The notes below the pieces were generated by a model. It searched no databases. It was not told where the DNA came from and saw only the letters and a list, made by a program, of their open reading frames with translations. This document shows positions 1-9,265 of a DNA stretch of 32,000 nt, one piece after another. The stretch is from Halorhodospira halophila SL1 (GTDB lineage Bacteria > Pseudomonadota > Gammaproteobacteria > Nitrococcales > Halorhodospiraceae). A program made the translations under genes and the position numbers. The DNA is taken from positions 1,380,001 to 1,412,000 of the forward strand of contig NC_008789.1 of NCBI RefSeq assembly GCF_000015585.1. Direction: 5' to 3'. Each line of letters starts with the position of its first letter. Position 1 is the stretch's first letter.

Positions 1-2010
1 CCGGTCGAGCTCGCTCAGCGCCAGTCCCAGGGTGGGGGTGGCCAGGGCCGCCCGCACCAGCCCCTCATCCGTCGGCTCGGCACAGGCGCGCAGCCAGCGC
101 ACCAGGTCGTCGGCCTCAGCGGTGGCCAGCACCGAATCCCGATCGGAGAGGTAGACGCTGCGCACCTCGCGGGCGGCCAACGCCTCCTGGATGGCGCTCG
201 CCTCGGTGTGGTTGCGCACCAGCACGGCCATATCCCGCGGGCGCACCGGCTCCAGATGACCGCCCGGGTGGCGAAACCCGGTGACCGCCGGTCTCGCCGC
301 ACCGCCGTTGAGCAACGCCACAATACGCGCTGCACACGCCTCGGCGTAGGTGGGGAGGTAGGCGTTTTTCGCCACCGACACGCCAGGGTCATGGCACCAA
401 AGGTTCAGCGCCGGATGCTCCGCCCCCGCCTCCTCGAAGAACTCGCCACGCCCCTGGGCCTCCACCGGGTGGAAGGGCAACCCGCCCCCAGAGCCGCCCC
501 GGAAGGCGAAGGCGCCCGCCGGCCAGCTCCCCTCGGCCCGCGCGAAGAGCTGGTTGACCGCGCCAACCAGCGCCTCGCTGGAGCGAAAGTTGCGCGGCAG
601 CGTGTAGTGTCGCCCCTCGGTGGCCGCCCGGGCGCGCAGATAACTGTGGATATCCGCCCCGCGAAACCCGTAGATCGCCTGCTTGGGATCCCCGATCAGG
701 AAAAGCCCCAGCCCCGGATCATTGTCCGCGATCCGGTAGACCGTCTCGAAGAGCTCGTACTGAACCGGATCGGTGTCCTGGAACTCGTCAATCAGCGCCA
801 CCGGGAACTGGCTGCGGATGGTCTGCGCCAGACGCGCCCCCCCGGGGCCCCGCAGGGCATCACGCAGCCGGGTGAGCAGATCCTGGAAACCGAGCTGCGC
901 CCGGCGGCGCTGCTCCGCCTGAAAACGCCTGGTGATCCAGCGAGCGGCGGCCCGCAGGATGGCCACCCCGGGCGCATCCAGCTCCACGTGACGATCCAGC
1001 GCCTTGAAGGCGCGATGGAGTGAGGCCGGCAGGCTCTGGCCCTTCTTATGTCGCGATGGGTCCGCCAGACCGGTGGCGCTCATGCGCTCGAGCAGGCCCG
1101 GGTCGGGCTTACCCTTGTCAGTCAGAGGCACCGGCTGGGCCGGATCGTCTGCCCAGGCCGCCATGCGCTCGAGCAACTGCTGCGGGTTCTTGTACTTCGT
1201 GCCGTTGAGTACGCGACGGTGCAGATCGAGAAACTCGGCCTCCACCGCCTCCCGCTCGTCGCGCCAAGGCGCCTTGAGCTGTTCCAGTGCCTGGTGCCAG
1301 GCGCCCAGGCGCTCGGCCAGGCCGGATGGCTCGAGCAGGGGGTCATCCGCATCGTCGGCGAGCTCCTCATCGGCGCCGATCAGACGCGCCAGCGCCCTTT
1401 GCAGGGCATCCGGATCCGCAGCCCCCACCGCTTGCCGGAAGAGCTGGAAGGCCTCCGGGTCGAGGGGATAGACGAAAGTCCGCCAGTAGTCGCGGACCGA
1501 TTCGGCGAGCAGCTCGCCGGGGTCAGTCTCCAGATCCTGGGTGAACAGACTGCCGCTGTCGAAGGCGTGCTCGCGCAGCATCCGATAGCACCAGGCGTGG
1601 ATGGTGGCCACGGCCGCCTCGTCCATCCACTCGGCGGCCAGCTCCAGCACCCGGGCTGCCTGGGCCCGTTCTGCGCGCTGCGGATACTCCCGCAGCAGCC
1701 CATCCAGGAACGGATCCAACTCCACGGCCTGATCCGGATCCCGAAACGCCGCGGCCGCCTCTGCCAGGCGGCTGCGTATGCGCTCACGCAGCTCGCGGGT
1801 GGCCGCCTCGGTGAAGGTCACCACGAGGATCTGCGGCGGGGTCAGCGATTGCCCGTACGCGGCCTCACGGCCGTGGTTGAGGACCAGACGCAGGTAGAGC
1901 GCGGCGATGGTGTAGGTCTTGCCCGTCCCGGCGCTGGCCTCGATCAGCCGCGATCCGTACAGCGGGAAGCGCAGCGGTTCGAGGGGCTTGGCGTCCTCAG
2001 CCGTGCCCAT
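1..2010 (-). CDS. recB: RecB, exodeoxyribonuclease V beta subunit (3' end outside window)
   Basis: Uninterrupted minus-strand frame from ATG at 2010 to the window edge. It is missing from the ORF track because there is no stop in the window. My translation starts MGTAEDAKPLEPLRFPLYGSRLIEASAGTGKTYTIAALYLRLVL (UvrD/RecB Walker A). Further on it reads ALIDEFQDTDPVQYELF and IGDPKQAIYGFRGADI (helicase motifs). The start overlaps the recC stop. Confidence 0.93.
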   Translation of the reverse strand, partial: MGTAEDAKPLEPLRFPLYGSRLIEASAGTGKTYTIAALYLRLVLNHGREAAYGQSLTPPQILVVTFTEAATRELRERIRSRLAEAAAAFRDPDQAVELDPFLDGLLREYPQRAERAQAARVLELAAEWMDEAAVATIHAWCYRMLREHAFDSGSLFTQDLETDPGELLAESVRDYWRTFVYPLDPEAFQLFRQAVGAADPDALQRALARLIGADEELADDADDPLLEPSGLAERLGAWHQALEQLKAPWRDEREAVEAEFLDLHRRVLNGTKYKNPQQLLERMAAWADDPAQPVPLTDKGKPDPGLLERMSATGLADPSRHKKGQSLPASLHRAFKALDRHVELDAPGVAILRAAARWITRRFQAEQRRRAQLGFQDLLTRLRDALRGPGGARLAQTIRSQFPVALIDEFQDTDPVQYELFETVYRIADNDPGLGLFLIGDPKQAIYGFRGADIHSYLRARAATEGRHYTLPRNFRSSEALVGAVNQLFARAEGSWPAGAFAFRGGSGGGLPFHPVEAQGRGEFFEEAGAEHPALNLWCHDPGVSVAKNAYLPTYAEACAARIVALLNGGAARPAVTGFRHPGGHLEPVRPRDMAVLVRNHTEASAIQEALAAREVRSVYLSDRDSVLATAEADDLVRWLRACAEPTDEGLVRAALATPTLGLALSELDR

Positions 2011-5000
2011 CGCCGTCCTCCGCGTACTCCTTGACCGCCCGCCACAGGGGCGCGTAGAGCGCGTCGCGCCAGCTCGGGAAGGCCGCATCCTCCAGCCAGT
2101 CCGCCGCCCGCGGGAAGGCGCGCAGATCGTGGGCGTCGGCGGCCGCCCACGTGTAGTCATCCCCGGCATAGACCCGTTCGGCCGCGGCCGCCGGATCACC
2201 GCGCTCCTCGTCCTGCGCGGTCAGCCAGGCGCAGGTCGGCTGGCAGGGCACCGGCAGCGGCCGGCGCTGCGCCTCGGCCCAGCCGGCGAGCAGCTGGCTC
2301 AGGTGCTCGTGGGCCTGCCCCGCCTCCAGCGGCGCCAGGGCCACGTCGATGTCGTGTCCGACGACCACGGTCGTCAGCGGCTCCGCGGCCGCGTTGGCCA
2401 TCAGGTGGGTGACCCACGGCGTGGCAAGCAGGTCAAAGCGCCAGCGTACCTCCCGGCGCTTGACCCCCAGGCGGCTGAGGTGGTGCGTCAGGCGCACGCG
2501 CCGCTGCCCGTCACTGCGGATCCCATCCACCCCGCCCTCCAGCTGCCAATCCCCATGGCGGTGCATCAGCCGCTGCAGCGGCTCCAGCTCATGGGGATAG
2601 GTAGCCAGATGCCGGTGGTAGCGCTCCAGCTGCTCATCGGCTTCGATCTGAAGCGTCTCGGCCCAGACGGTACCGGCCGGGCCCAGCGGCAGCGCGCCGG
2701 TGCGCTGCAACCGCTGCGCCTCGGCGGCCAGCCGTTCGCGGCGCATCTCGGGATCCCCGGCCGCCTCCTGCCCGGCCAGGAAGAGCACCTCGCGCATCTG
2801 CCAGCGTGTCAGCCCGTCGAGCCCGAAGGGCTCCTGATCCTCGCTGGCCAGTGGATCATCCTCGAACCGGACCCCCAGGCGACGGTTGAAGAAGGTCTGT
2901 ACGGGCTGCTTGAGCAACGCCCCCAGGGTTTCGGGTGTGATCGGCGCCGGCGGATCCTCCACCGGCCGCTCGGGCAGCGTCGTGACCCGCGGCCCGGACC
3001 CGGCTTCATCGCCCTGATGGGCCGCCCACCACTCGCGGGCGTAGGTGTAGTGGCGCGCCGAGGGCTCCGTGCGGAAATTCTGGCGGCTGAACGGCTGCAG
3101 CGGGTGCTCCACGGTCAACGCCTCGAGCAGACCGCCGGCCTCCTCCTCGTCGGCCAGGCGCCAGCCGGCGGCCAGGTGATCGCGCAGCTGACCGACCAGC
3201 ACCGAAGGCGGACGTGGCTCGTTATCACGCACGCTGCGGCCGATCCAGCTGATGTAGAGCCGATCCCGGGCCGAGAGGAGCGCCTCCAGGAAGAGGTAGC
3301 GATCGTCCTCGCGGCGCGAGCGGTCGCCGGGCCGGTAATCGTCAGCCATCAGATCGAAATCCAGGGGGGTGGGGCTGCGCGGGTAGTCGCCATCGTTCAT
3401 CCCGAGCAGGCAGACGTGGCGGAAGGGGATCGCGCGCATGGGCATCAGGGTGCAGAAGTTCACCGCCCCGACCAGGAAACGCTGGCTCAGTCGCGTATCC
3501 TCCAGCGCCTGCAGCCAGTGCTCGCGCACCACGTTCAGAGGCAGCGGCTCGGCGAACGCCCCGGTCTCGCAGTCACGCTGCCACTTCTCCAGGGCATCGC
3601 GCAGCCGCTCCAGGGTCAACGACTCCACCTCGCCGGAGGGGTCGAAGTAGGTCCCCAGCAGCCGCTGCAGCCGCTCGCCCCACCGCTCCGGGGTGGCCTC
3701 CTCGCGCAGTTCGCCCCAGGTGCCTTCCAGGGCGCCGACCAGCCGCTCCAGGCGCCCGACGAGGGCGGCGTCGAGCCCGCCCACCTGCGGATACGGTTCG
3801 ACCCCGGACCAGGCCTCCCCGGCGCCGACGGCGTAGCCGAGCAGCATACGCCGCAGACCGAAGCGCCAGGTATTCTGCTCCAGTCCCTCGGGCAACTGCA
3901 GCCCGGCGCGCTGCTCGCGATTGAGTCCCCAGCGGACCCCGGCCTCCTCTGCCCAGCCGTGCAGGGTGGCCAGGTCCGCCTCGGTGATCCCGAAACGCCG
4001 CCGCAACGCCGGCGCCTCGAGCAGATCGAGCAGGTCACTCAGCCCGCAACGCGACTCGGGCAGGCTCAAAAGCTGCTCCAGGGCGATGAGCAGCGGATCC
4101 AGCCCGCGCTCGCCCTGGTCGGCCACCGTATAGGGAATGTGGCGCGCATCGCCGGCATCGAAGCGACCAAACACGGCCTCGATGTGCGGTGCGTAAGCGT
4201 CGATATCCGGCACCATCACGATGACATCGCGCGGGCGCAGCGAGCTGTCCTCCGAGAAAGCGGCGAGCAGCCGGTCATGGAGAACCTCGACCTCGCGCTG
4301 GGCGCTGTGGGCCAGATGGAATTGCAGCGACGCATCTTCGCGGCCGACCGCCGGCCAGGCCTCCCGGGTCTCGGCCAACGGACGCAGGTGGAGGATATCG
4401 TCCTGGAGCTGGCCGAGCAGAGATCCGGTCGCCGGGCCACGGAAGAGATCGATGCGCTCGCCCGCCTGGGCCAGGGCCTGGTGCGGATGGGCCTGGGGAT
4501 CCTCGTGGGCATCCAGCAGTCCGATATAGTCGCGCCCTTGCTTGCCCCAGGCGGCGAGCAGGGGGTGGGCGTGATTGTGCAGCTCTTCCGGATGCAGGAC
4601 CTCGGGCATGCCGGCCTTGCGTGGCCGCCGCCCGGGGTCGGCACGCAGCAGATCCTTATCCGCGATGATATCCGCCCAGTAGAAGGCGCAGGGATTGTGA
4701 ACAAAGACGAGCACCTGGGCGAAACGCGACAGCTCCTGCAGCGCCTCCAGTGTCTGGCGCGGAAGCGACGAGATGCCGAAGACGATCACCCGACGCGGCA
4801 AGTCTGCCGGCGCGGTGTCCAGGCTCGCGATGCGCTCCCGGTAGAGTTGATGGACCGTGGCCTGGCCCGCCTCGTCCGCCACCTCGGCAAGTTCCGCGCA
4901 CACCGCACGCCAGAGCGAAGCCTGCCAGCGCTGCGTATCGTCCAGATCGCGCGCCTGTCCACGTGCATCGCGGCAGACGTCCTCGCCCCGCGACCAGTCC

Positions 5001-5491
5001 GCCAACCAGTCCGCACGGTAGACCTGGTACTGATCAAAGAGATCCGCAATCCGTGCAGCGAGCTGATAACGCTTGCGCCCATCGGGATCATCGGCCAGGA
5101 AGCCGCGCAGCGGCTCAAACCCAGGGTGATCGCGGAGTGCGGGAAGCAGGCGCGCGAGCCGCCAGAGCAGCGGGTCCTTGCCGAAGGGGGATTCCCGCGG
5201 GGCGCCCTCCGGGCCTAGGACCGCACGGTAGACCGACCAGAGAAAGCGCGCCGGCAACTGCATCGAGACCGCCGCAGCGATCCCGCAACCGCCCTGCTCC
5301 GAATCCGGGTGGCGAGCCAAGGCCAGGCGCAGCCACTGCGCCATACCATTGCTCTGGACCAGGAACACCTCGTCCTCAAGGGGTGCGAGTGGGTGCCGCT
5401 GCACCCACTCCACGGCCACCTGCCGAAGGTCTTCCAGCCGATTGCCGTGGATGGTCAGGAAACCAGGTTCGATGGATGGCTCGGCCGCCAA
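1997..5491 (-). CDS. recC: RecC, exodeoxyribonuclease V gamma subunit
   Basis: 1164-aa ORF. The N-terminus LTIHGNRLEDL...FLVQSNGMAQWLRLALA resembles E. coli RecC (HSNRLDVL...LVQSTGMAQWLQ). Its stop overlaps the recB start (ATGGGCACGGCTGA), as expected for a recC-recB operon. Confidence 0.92.
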   Translation of the reverse strand: MAAEPSIEPGFLTIHGNRLEDLRQVAVEWVQRHPLAPLEDEVFLVQSNGMAQWLRLALARHPDSEQGGCGIAAAVSMQLPARFLWSVYRAVLGPEGAPRESPFGKDPLLWRLARLLPALRDHPGFEPLRGFLADDPDGRKRYQLAARIADLFDQYQVYRADWLADWSRGEDVCRDARGQARDLDDTQRWQASLWRAVCAELAEVADEAGQATVHQLYRERIASLDTAPADLPRRVIVFGISSLPRQTLEALQELSRFAQVLVFVHNPCAFYWADIIADKDLLRADPGRRPRKAGMPEVLHPEELHNHAHPLLAAWGKQGRDYIGLLDAHEDPQAHPHQALAQAGERIDLFRGPATGSLLGQLQDDILHLRPLAETREAWPAVGREDASLQFHLAHSAQREVEVLHDRLLAAFSEDSSLRPRDVIVMVPDIDAYAPHIEAVFGRFDAGDARHIPYTVADQGERGLDPLLIALEQLLSLPESRCGLSDLLDLLEAPALRRRFGITEADLATLHGWAEEAGVRWGLNREQRAGLQLPEGLEQNTWRFGLRRMLLGYAVGAGEAWSGVEPYPQVGGLDAALVGRLERLVGALEGTWGELREEATPERWGERLQRLLGTYFDPSGEVESLTLERLRDALEKWQRDCETGAFAEPLPLNVVREHWLQALEDTRLSQRFLVGAVNFCTLMPMRAIPFRHVCLLGMNDGDYPRSPTPLDFDLMADDYRPGDRSRREDDRYLFLEALLSARDRLYISWIGRSVRDNEPRPPSVLVGQLRDHLAAGWRLADEEEAGGLLEALTVEHPLQPFSRQNFRTEPSARHYTYAREWWAAHQGDEAGSGPRVTTLPERPVEDPPAPITPETLGALLKQPVQTFFNRRLGVRFEDDPLASEDQEPFGLDGLTRWQMREVLFLAGQEAAGDPEMRRERLAAEAQRLQRTGALPLGPAGTVWAETLQIEADEQLERYHRHLATYPHELEPLQRLMHRHGDWQLEGGVDGIRSDGQRRVRLTHHLSRLGVKRREVRWRFDLLATPWVTHLMANAAAEPLTTVVVGHDIDVALAPLEAGQAHEHLSQLLAGWAEAQRRPLPVPCQPTCAWLTAQDEERGDPAAAAERVYAGDDYTWAAADAHDLRAFPRAADWLEDAAFPSWRDALYAPLWRAVKEYAEDGDGHG

Positions 5492-5568
5492 GCGGGGCTC
5501 CTTTCCGCCGGAATCGGGTCACACGCACCTGCGTCACTGCCGTCCGGGCGTGCTCCAGGGCGCCGCGC

Positions 5569-5946
5569 TTAGCGGCAGTCCCCCTGCACCGAGCAGCTCC
5601 GGCTGTAGCGACGGCGCGCATACCAATCGTAAAGCGGCTCCATGGGCCTGACCAGTCCCAGCCCCCGGACGATCCGCGACGCCCAGCGCCAGTACGGGAG
5701 ATACGACCAGACCAGGGCGAAGGCATCGACCCCGCTGCGCATCACTCCATCGACGTCCCGGCAATGAAAGCGCTGCATCGCCTGATCCCAGGTCAGATCG
5801 GTGTCGTCCAGGGCGCCCGGCGCGTGGAGATCACGCCACTCCACCGCCCCGGCGGTATCCAGGCGCTGATAGAGACCGATCTCGCGGCTGCAGACGGGGC
5901 ACTGCCCATCGAAGAATACGACCGGTCGTGTGGTGGATGCGGTCAT
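5569..5946 (-). CDS. DCC-family (DUF393) thiol-disulfide oxidoreductase
   Basis: FFDGQCPVCSREI matches the DGxCxxC signature of the DCC family. I chose the internal start MTASTTRPVVFFDG (ATG at 5946), which is preceded by AAGGAG. The 189-aa track ORF adds an implausible N-terminal extension. Confidence 0.78.
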   Translation of the reverse strand: MTASTTRPVVFFDGQCPVCSREIGLYQRLDTAGAVEWRDLHAPGALDDTDLTWDQAMQRFHCRDVDGVMRSGVDAFALVWSYLPYWRWASRIVRGLGLVRPMEPLYDWYARRRYSRSCSVQGDCR

Positions 5947-6160
5947 GGTGGACTCCTTACCGTATTTATCTGGAACGATTCTAGATCTCAGCATAGCATC
6001 AGGCAGCCCACAAAACATGGGGCATCTACTCGACCGGCAGGCGGAGGGCCTGCAGCCCACCCTGGCCATCGGCCAGCCCCGCGGATAAGCTGAGATCAAC
6101 GCCGAGATCACCATCGTGGACTGTTGGCCCGCGGCCACTCAGCCCCGGAAGGAGCCCACC

Positions 6161-6703
6161 ATGCCCGGAACGGAATCGCCTGCCGCCTACCTGCTCGACG
6201 ATTTCGCCTCCGCGGACGGCCGGGCGGCGATCGGCACCGCGTGGCAAGGATTCACCGACCGGGTCATGGGCGGGCGCTCGGACATGCAGGCCGGCATCGT
6301 CGAGACCGAGTGCGGACCAGCCCTCCAGCTGAGCGGGCAGGTCCGGCTCGAGAACAACGGCGGGTTCATCCAGAGCCGACTACCGCTCGCTCCGACCGGC
6401 GAGGCCTTTAATGCCAGTGCCTGGTCTGGGTTCGGGGCTACCGTACGCGGAACCCCTGGCCCTTACTACCTGCACGTGCGCAGTACCGACACCCGGCAGC
6501 CGTGGCAGCACTACCGCGCTCCCCTGCCCGTCGCGGAAGACTGGCAAGACGTCGTGGTCCCTTTCACGGCCTTCGAACCGCGGGGACTGCGGGCGAAACT
6601 CGATACGGCCCGGCTCACATCGGTGGCGGTGGTTGCCTACGGGGCAGCGTTCGAGGCACGCGTGGAGATCGCTCGGCTGGGGCTCAGCGCGACACGCCCC
6701 TGA
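6161..6703 (+). CDS. CIA30-domain (complex I intermediate-associated protein 30-like) protein
   Basis: WQGFTDRVMGGRSDMQ plus LENNGGFIQ resemble the CIA30 family. Start MPGTES at 6161 is preceded by GGAAGGAG. Confidence 0.7.
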   Translation: MPGTESPAAYLLDDFASADGRAAIGTAWQGFTDRVMGGRSDMQAGIVETECGPALQLSGQVRLENNGGFIQSRLPLAPTGEAFNASAWSGFGATVRGTPGPYYLHVRSTDTRQPWQHYRAPLPVAEDWQDVVVPFTAFEPRGLRAKLDTARLTSVAVVAYGAAFEARVEIARLGLSATRP

Positions 6704-6795
6704 GCCGCGACCGGCTAGGTGCGCCGTCAGGGACCGGCGCGGCCAGGCCGTCTGTCCCAGACGGGACGGTTCGCTTACGAACGCCCCAACAAAGA

Positions 6796-6828
6796 AAAGC
6801 CCTGAGCCGTATTCCGGCTCAGGGCTTT
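6796..6828. terminator. Bidirectional rho-independent terminator hairpin
   Basis: Perfect 14-bp stem: AAAGCCCTGAGCCG (6796-6809) pairs with CGGCTCAGGGCTTT (6815-6828). The loop is 5 nt. T-rich tracts follow on both strands. It lies between the convergent CIA30-like gene and tRNA-Ala. Confidence 0.6.
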
Positions 6829-6853
6829 GCGGAGGACTGTTTTGTCCTTTGTT

Positions 6854-6929
6854 TGGTGGAGCCAGGCGGGATCGAACCGCCGACCTCCTGCATGCCATGC
6901 AGGCGCTCTCCCAGCTGAGCTATGGCCCC
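6854..6929 (-). tRNA. tRNA-Ala (anticodon GGC)
   Basis: The reverse complement folds by hand into a cloverleaf: GGGGCCA/TA/GCTC-AGCTGGGA-GAGC/G/CCTGC-ATGGCAT-GCAGG/AGGTC/GGCGG-TTCGATC-CCGCC/TGGCTCC-ACCA. It has the G3:U70 alanine identity pair and an encoded CCA. Confidence 0.9.
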
Positions 6930-6995
6930 GTTGCGTTATGTGTGCGTATTCTAGGGATGGCTTTCGGGGTCGTCAACACCCCTCCCCGACTTCGA

Positions 6996-8414
6996 TTAAC
7001 CAACGTTCTGCCGGACCCACTCGGCGGCCTGGCCCACCCGGGCCACCGTCTCCTCACGACCAAGCAGCTCCAGCGTGGCGTCGATCGGCGGCGAGACCGC
7101 ACTCCCCGAAACAGCCACCCGCAGCGGCTGTGCCACCTTGCCCATCTTCACATCGAAGGCCTCAGCGGCCTCGGTGACAACCCCATGGATCGACTCCGCA
7201 TCCCAGCTCGGCAGCCCCGAGAAGCAGTGCTGGCAGTGCTCGAGAATCTCGGCGGTGCCCTCCTTGAAGTTCTTGCGCGCCGCCTTCTCCTCGTAGGCCT
7301 CCGGCCGACGGTAGAAGAACAGGCTGTTGTCGGCCATCTCCACCAACGTCTTGGCCCGCTCCTGCTGGGTGCGCACGACCGCCTCCAGCGCCGGACCTTC
7401 GGCTGGATCGACGCCCCGCTCAGCCAGGAACGGCCCCAGATGCCGGGCGATGTGGTTGGGCTCGGCGCGCATGATGTGCTGCTGATTGAGCCACTGCAGC
7501 TTGGAGGGGTTGAAGGTCGAGGCCGAGTGGTTCACTTCGTTGATATCGAAGAGCTGAATGAGCTCGTCGACACCGAAAACTTCCTGATCGCCGTGCGACC
7601 AGCCGAGACGCACCAGATAGTTGAGCAGCGCCTCGGGCAGGTACCCCTCATCGCGGTACTGCAGCACGCTGACCGACCCGTGCCGCTTGGACAGGCGCTT
7701 GCCATCCTCGCCCAGGATCATGGGCACGTGCGCGAAGCGCGGCGGCTCGAACCCGAGCGCCTGATAGAGGTGGATCTGACGGGGGGTGTTGTTCAGGTGG
7801 TCGTCACCGCGGATGACGTCGGTCACGCCCATCTCCAGATCGTCCACCACCACCGTGAAGTTGTAGGTGGGCGAACCGTCGCCGCGCGCAATCACCAGGT
7901 CATCGAGTTCCGAGTTGAGGAACTGGACCTTGCCCCGAATGGCGTCCTCGACCACCACATGCCCCTCGAGCGGGGTGCGGAAACGGATCACCGGCTCGTC
8001 GGCCACCTCCTCGGAGGGCGGCCCGTCCAGATCGCGGCAACGGCCGTCGTAGCGCGGCTTCTCCTTGCGCGCCTGCTGCTCAGTACGCAGACGCTCCAGG
8101 CGGTCCTTGGTGCAGTAGCAGTAGTACGCCTGCCCCGCGTCGAGCAGCGTCTGCAGGTGCTGGCGATACCGGTCATAGCGCTCGGTCTGATAGAACGGGC
8201 CCTCGTCGTAATCGAGCCCCAGCCAGGCCATACCCTCAAGGATCGCATTCACCGCCTCCGGCGTGGAGCGCTCGCGATCCGTGTCCTCGATCCGCAGCAC
8301 GAAACGCCCCCCGTGTCGGCGGGTGTGCAGCCAGGAGTAGAGAGCGGTCCGGGCACCGCCGATATGCAAGTAACCTGTCGGGCTCGGCGCGAAACGCGTA
8401 CGGATCATGGTCAT
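6996..8414 (-). CDS. gltX: Glutamate--tRNA ligase
   Basis: MTMIRTRFAPSPTGYLHIGGARTALYSWLHTRRHGGRFVLRIEDTDRERS is nearly identical to the E. coli GltX N-terminus, including the HIGH motif. KRLSKR matches the KMSKS-like motif. I chose the start at 8414 rather than the track's 8501 extension. Confidence 0.95.
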   Translation of the reverse strand: MTMIRTRFAPSPTGYLHIGGARTALYSWLHTRRHGGRFVLRIEDTDRERSTPEAVNAILEGMAWLGLDYDEGPFYQTERYDRYRQHLQTLLDAGQAYYCYCTKDRLERLRTEQQARKEKPRYDGRCRDLDGPPSEEVADEPVIRFRTPLEGHVVVEDAIRGKVQFLNSELDDLVIARGDGSPTYNFTVVVDDLEMGVTDVIRGDDHLNNTPRQIHLYQALGFEPPRFAHVPMILGEDGKRLSKRHGSVSVLQYRDEGYLPEALLNYLVRLGWSHGDQEVFGVDELIQLFDINEVNHSASTFNPSKLQWLNQQHIMRAEPNHIARHLGPFLAERGVDPAEGPALEAVVRTQQERAKTLVEMADNSLFFYRRPEAYEEKAARKNFKEGTAEILEHCQHCFSGLPSWDAESIHGVVTEAAEAFDVKMGKVAQPLRVAVSGSAVSPPIDATLELLGREETVARVGQAAEWVRQNVG

Positions 8415-8531
8415 GGTGGCCTTTTTCCTTCTCCCCGTGCTGAAGGCCGGTATGCTATCAAAAGCGACACCGCCGACGCGCCCCATTTGACGCGAGGGCA
8501 CGGGGCCGTTAAGATGCGCAGCTCAAGAGTT

Positions 8532-8606
8532 GGGCGGCTAGCTCAGCGGGAGAGCACTGCCTTCACACGGCAGGGGTCGCTGGTTCGATCCCAGCGCCGC
8601 CCACCA
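8532..8606 (+). tRNA. tRNA-Val (anticodon CAC)
   Basis: Hand-folded cloverleaf: GGGCGGC/TA/GCTC-AGCGGGA-GAGC/A/CTGCC-TTCACAC-GGCAG/GGGTC/GCTGG-TTCGATC-CCAGC/GCCGCCC-ACCA. 75 nt, CCA encoded. Confidence 0.9.
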
Positions 8607-8607
8607 A
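8562..8607 (+). repeat. attL: 46-bp direct repeat (3' part of tRNA-Val)
   Basis: TTCACACGGCAGGGGTCGCTGGTTCGATCCCAGCGCCGCCCACCAA is identical, checked base by base, to 27849-27894. Confidence 0.88.
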
Positions 8608-8920
8608 ATTTACGTTTCGCAACATCTAACAAAGCCTACCCTCCGCTCCCAAGGGCCTGATCCTACAAAGATTTAGGTCTCATCCTATTCACTACCGTCT
8701 ACGGCGGGCGACCCTCTTGTGTGGGTACTGGTGTGGGTGTAAGCGGCGGCACGACGCTTACTACCCACAGCGCGGGCAAGAACACCGCGAGCGCGCATGC
8801 TTCGGAGCCCGCGCTAGCGACCCGGTGTCAAACGTATTGCTGCTGACAACCCCTTAACTCTACGCGGGATCACGTCGAGCGATCGTGTCACCGAGCAGTA
8901 CGGGTATCACGGGAGGGGGC

Positions 8921-9265
8921 ATGACCCGGGGTATCAACAGACTGACCGACCGCCAGTGCCGGACGGCAAAGACGCCTGAAGGCAAAGAGCAGATCAAGCT
9001 CGCTGATGGCGGCGGACTCGTGTTGCTGGTCAAGCGCAACGGCGCCAAGCAATGGCAACTCCGCTACCGGCGACCTTCCGGACGCGAGGCAACGATGGGC
9101 CTCGGCGTCTACCCCGAGGTACCACTATCGAAAGCCAGGGAGCAGCGAGACGAGGCACGCTCCCTGCTCGCGGATGGCGTCGACCCCATTCAGCACCGCA
9201 GGACCCAAAGACACGCGGCCGCGTCAGCCGATGCGCACACGTTCGAGGCCGTCGCGCGTGAATGG
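8921..9265 (+). pseudogene. P4-type tyrosine integrase, N-terminal arm-binding (DUF4102-like) fragment only
   Basis: MTRGINRLTDRQCRTAKTPEGKEQIKLADGGGLVLLVKRNGAKQWQLRYRRPSGREATMGLGVYPEVPLSKAREQRDEARSLLADGVDPI is the typical N-terminus of tRNA-associated P4-like integrases. The reading frame is broken at 9266 by the IS30-family end. No catalytic domain follows. Confidence 0.8.

Noticed and set aside
208-2034. + strand ORFs 208-1023 and 1048-2034
   Set aside because: They are antisense to the clearly identifiable recB frame and have low-complexity Arg/Leu/Gly-rich translations.
1919-5218. 1099-aa ORF on the + strand
   Set aside because: It is entirely antisense to recC. The composition is Arg/Gly/Pro/Leu/Gln-rich with no motifs. 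It is a typical stop-free antisense frame in very GC-rich coding DNA.
4750-6093. 447-aa + strand ORF spanning the recC 5' end and the DCC gene
   Set aside because: It is extremely Pro/Arg/Ala-rich and overlaps two well-supported minus-strand genes plus their intergenic region.
5947-6138. N-terminal extension of the DCC-family ORF (track start at 6138)
   Set aside because: The extension has no family similarity and would overlap the CIA30-like gene's start region. The internal ATG at 5946 has a good RBS and gives the canonical family length.
6411-8660. 749-aa ORF on the + strand
   Set aside because: It is antisense to gltX and reads straight through both tRNA genes and the terminator hairpin. 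No protein-like motifs.
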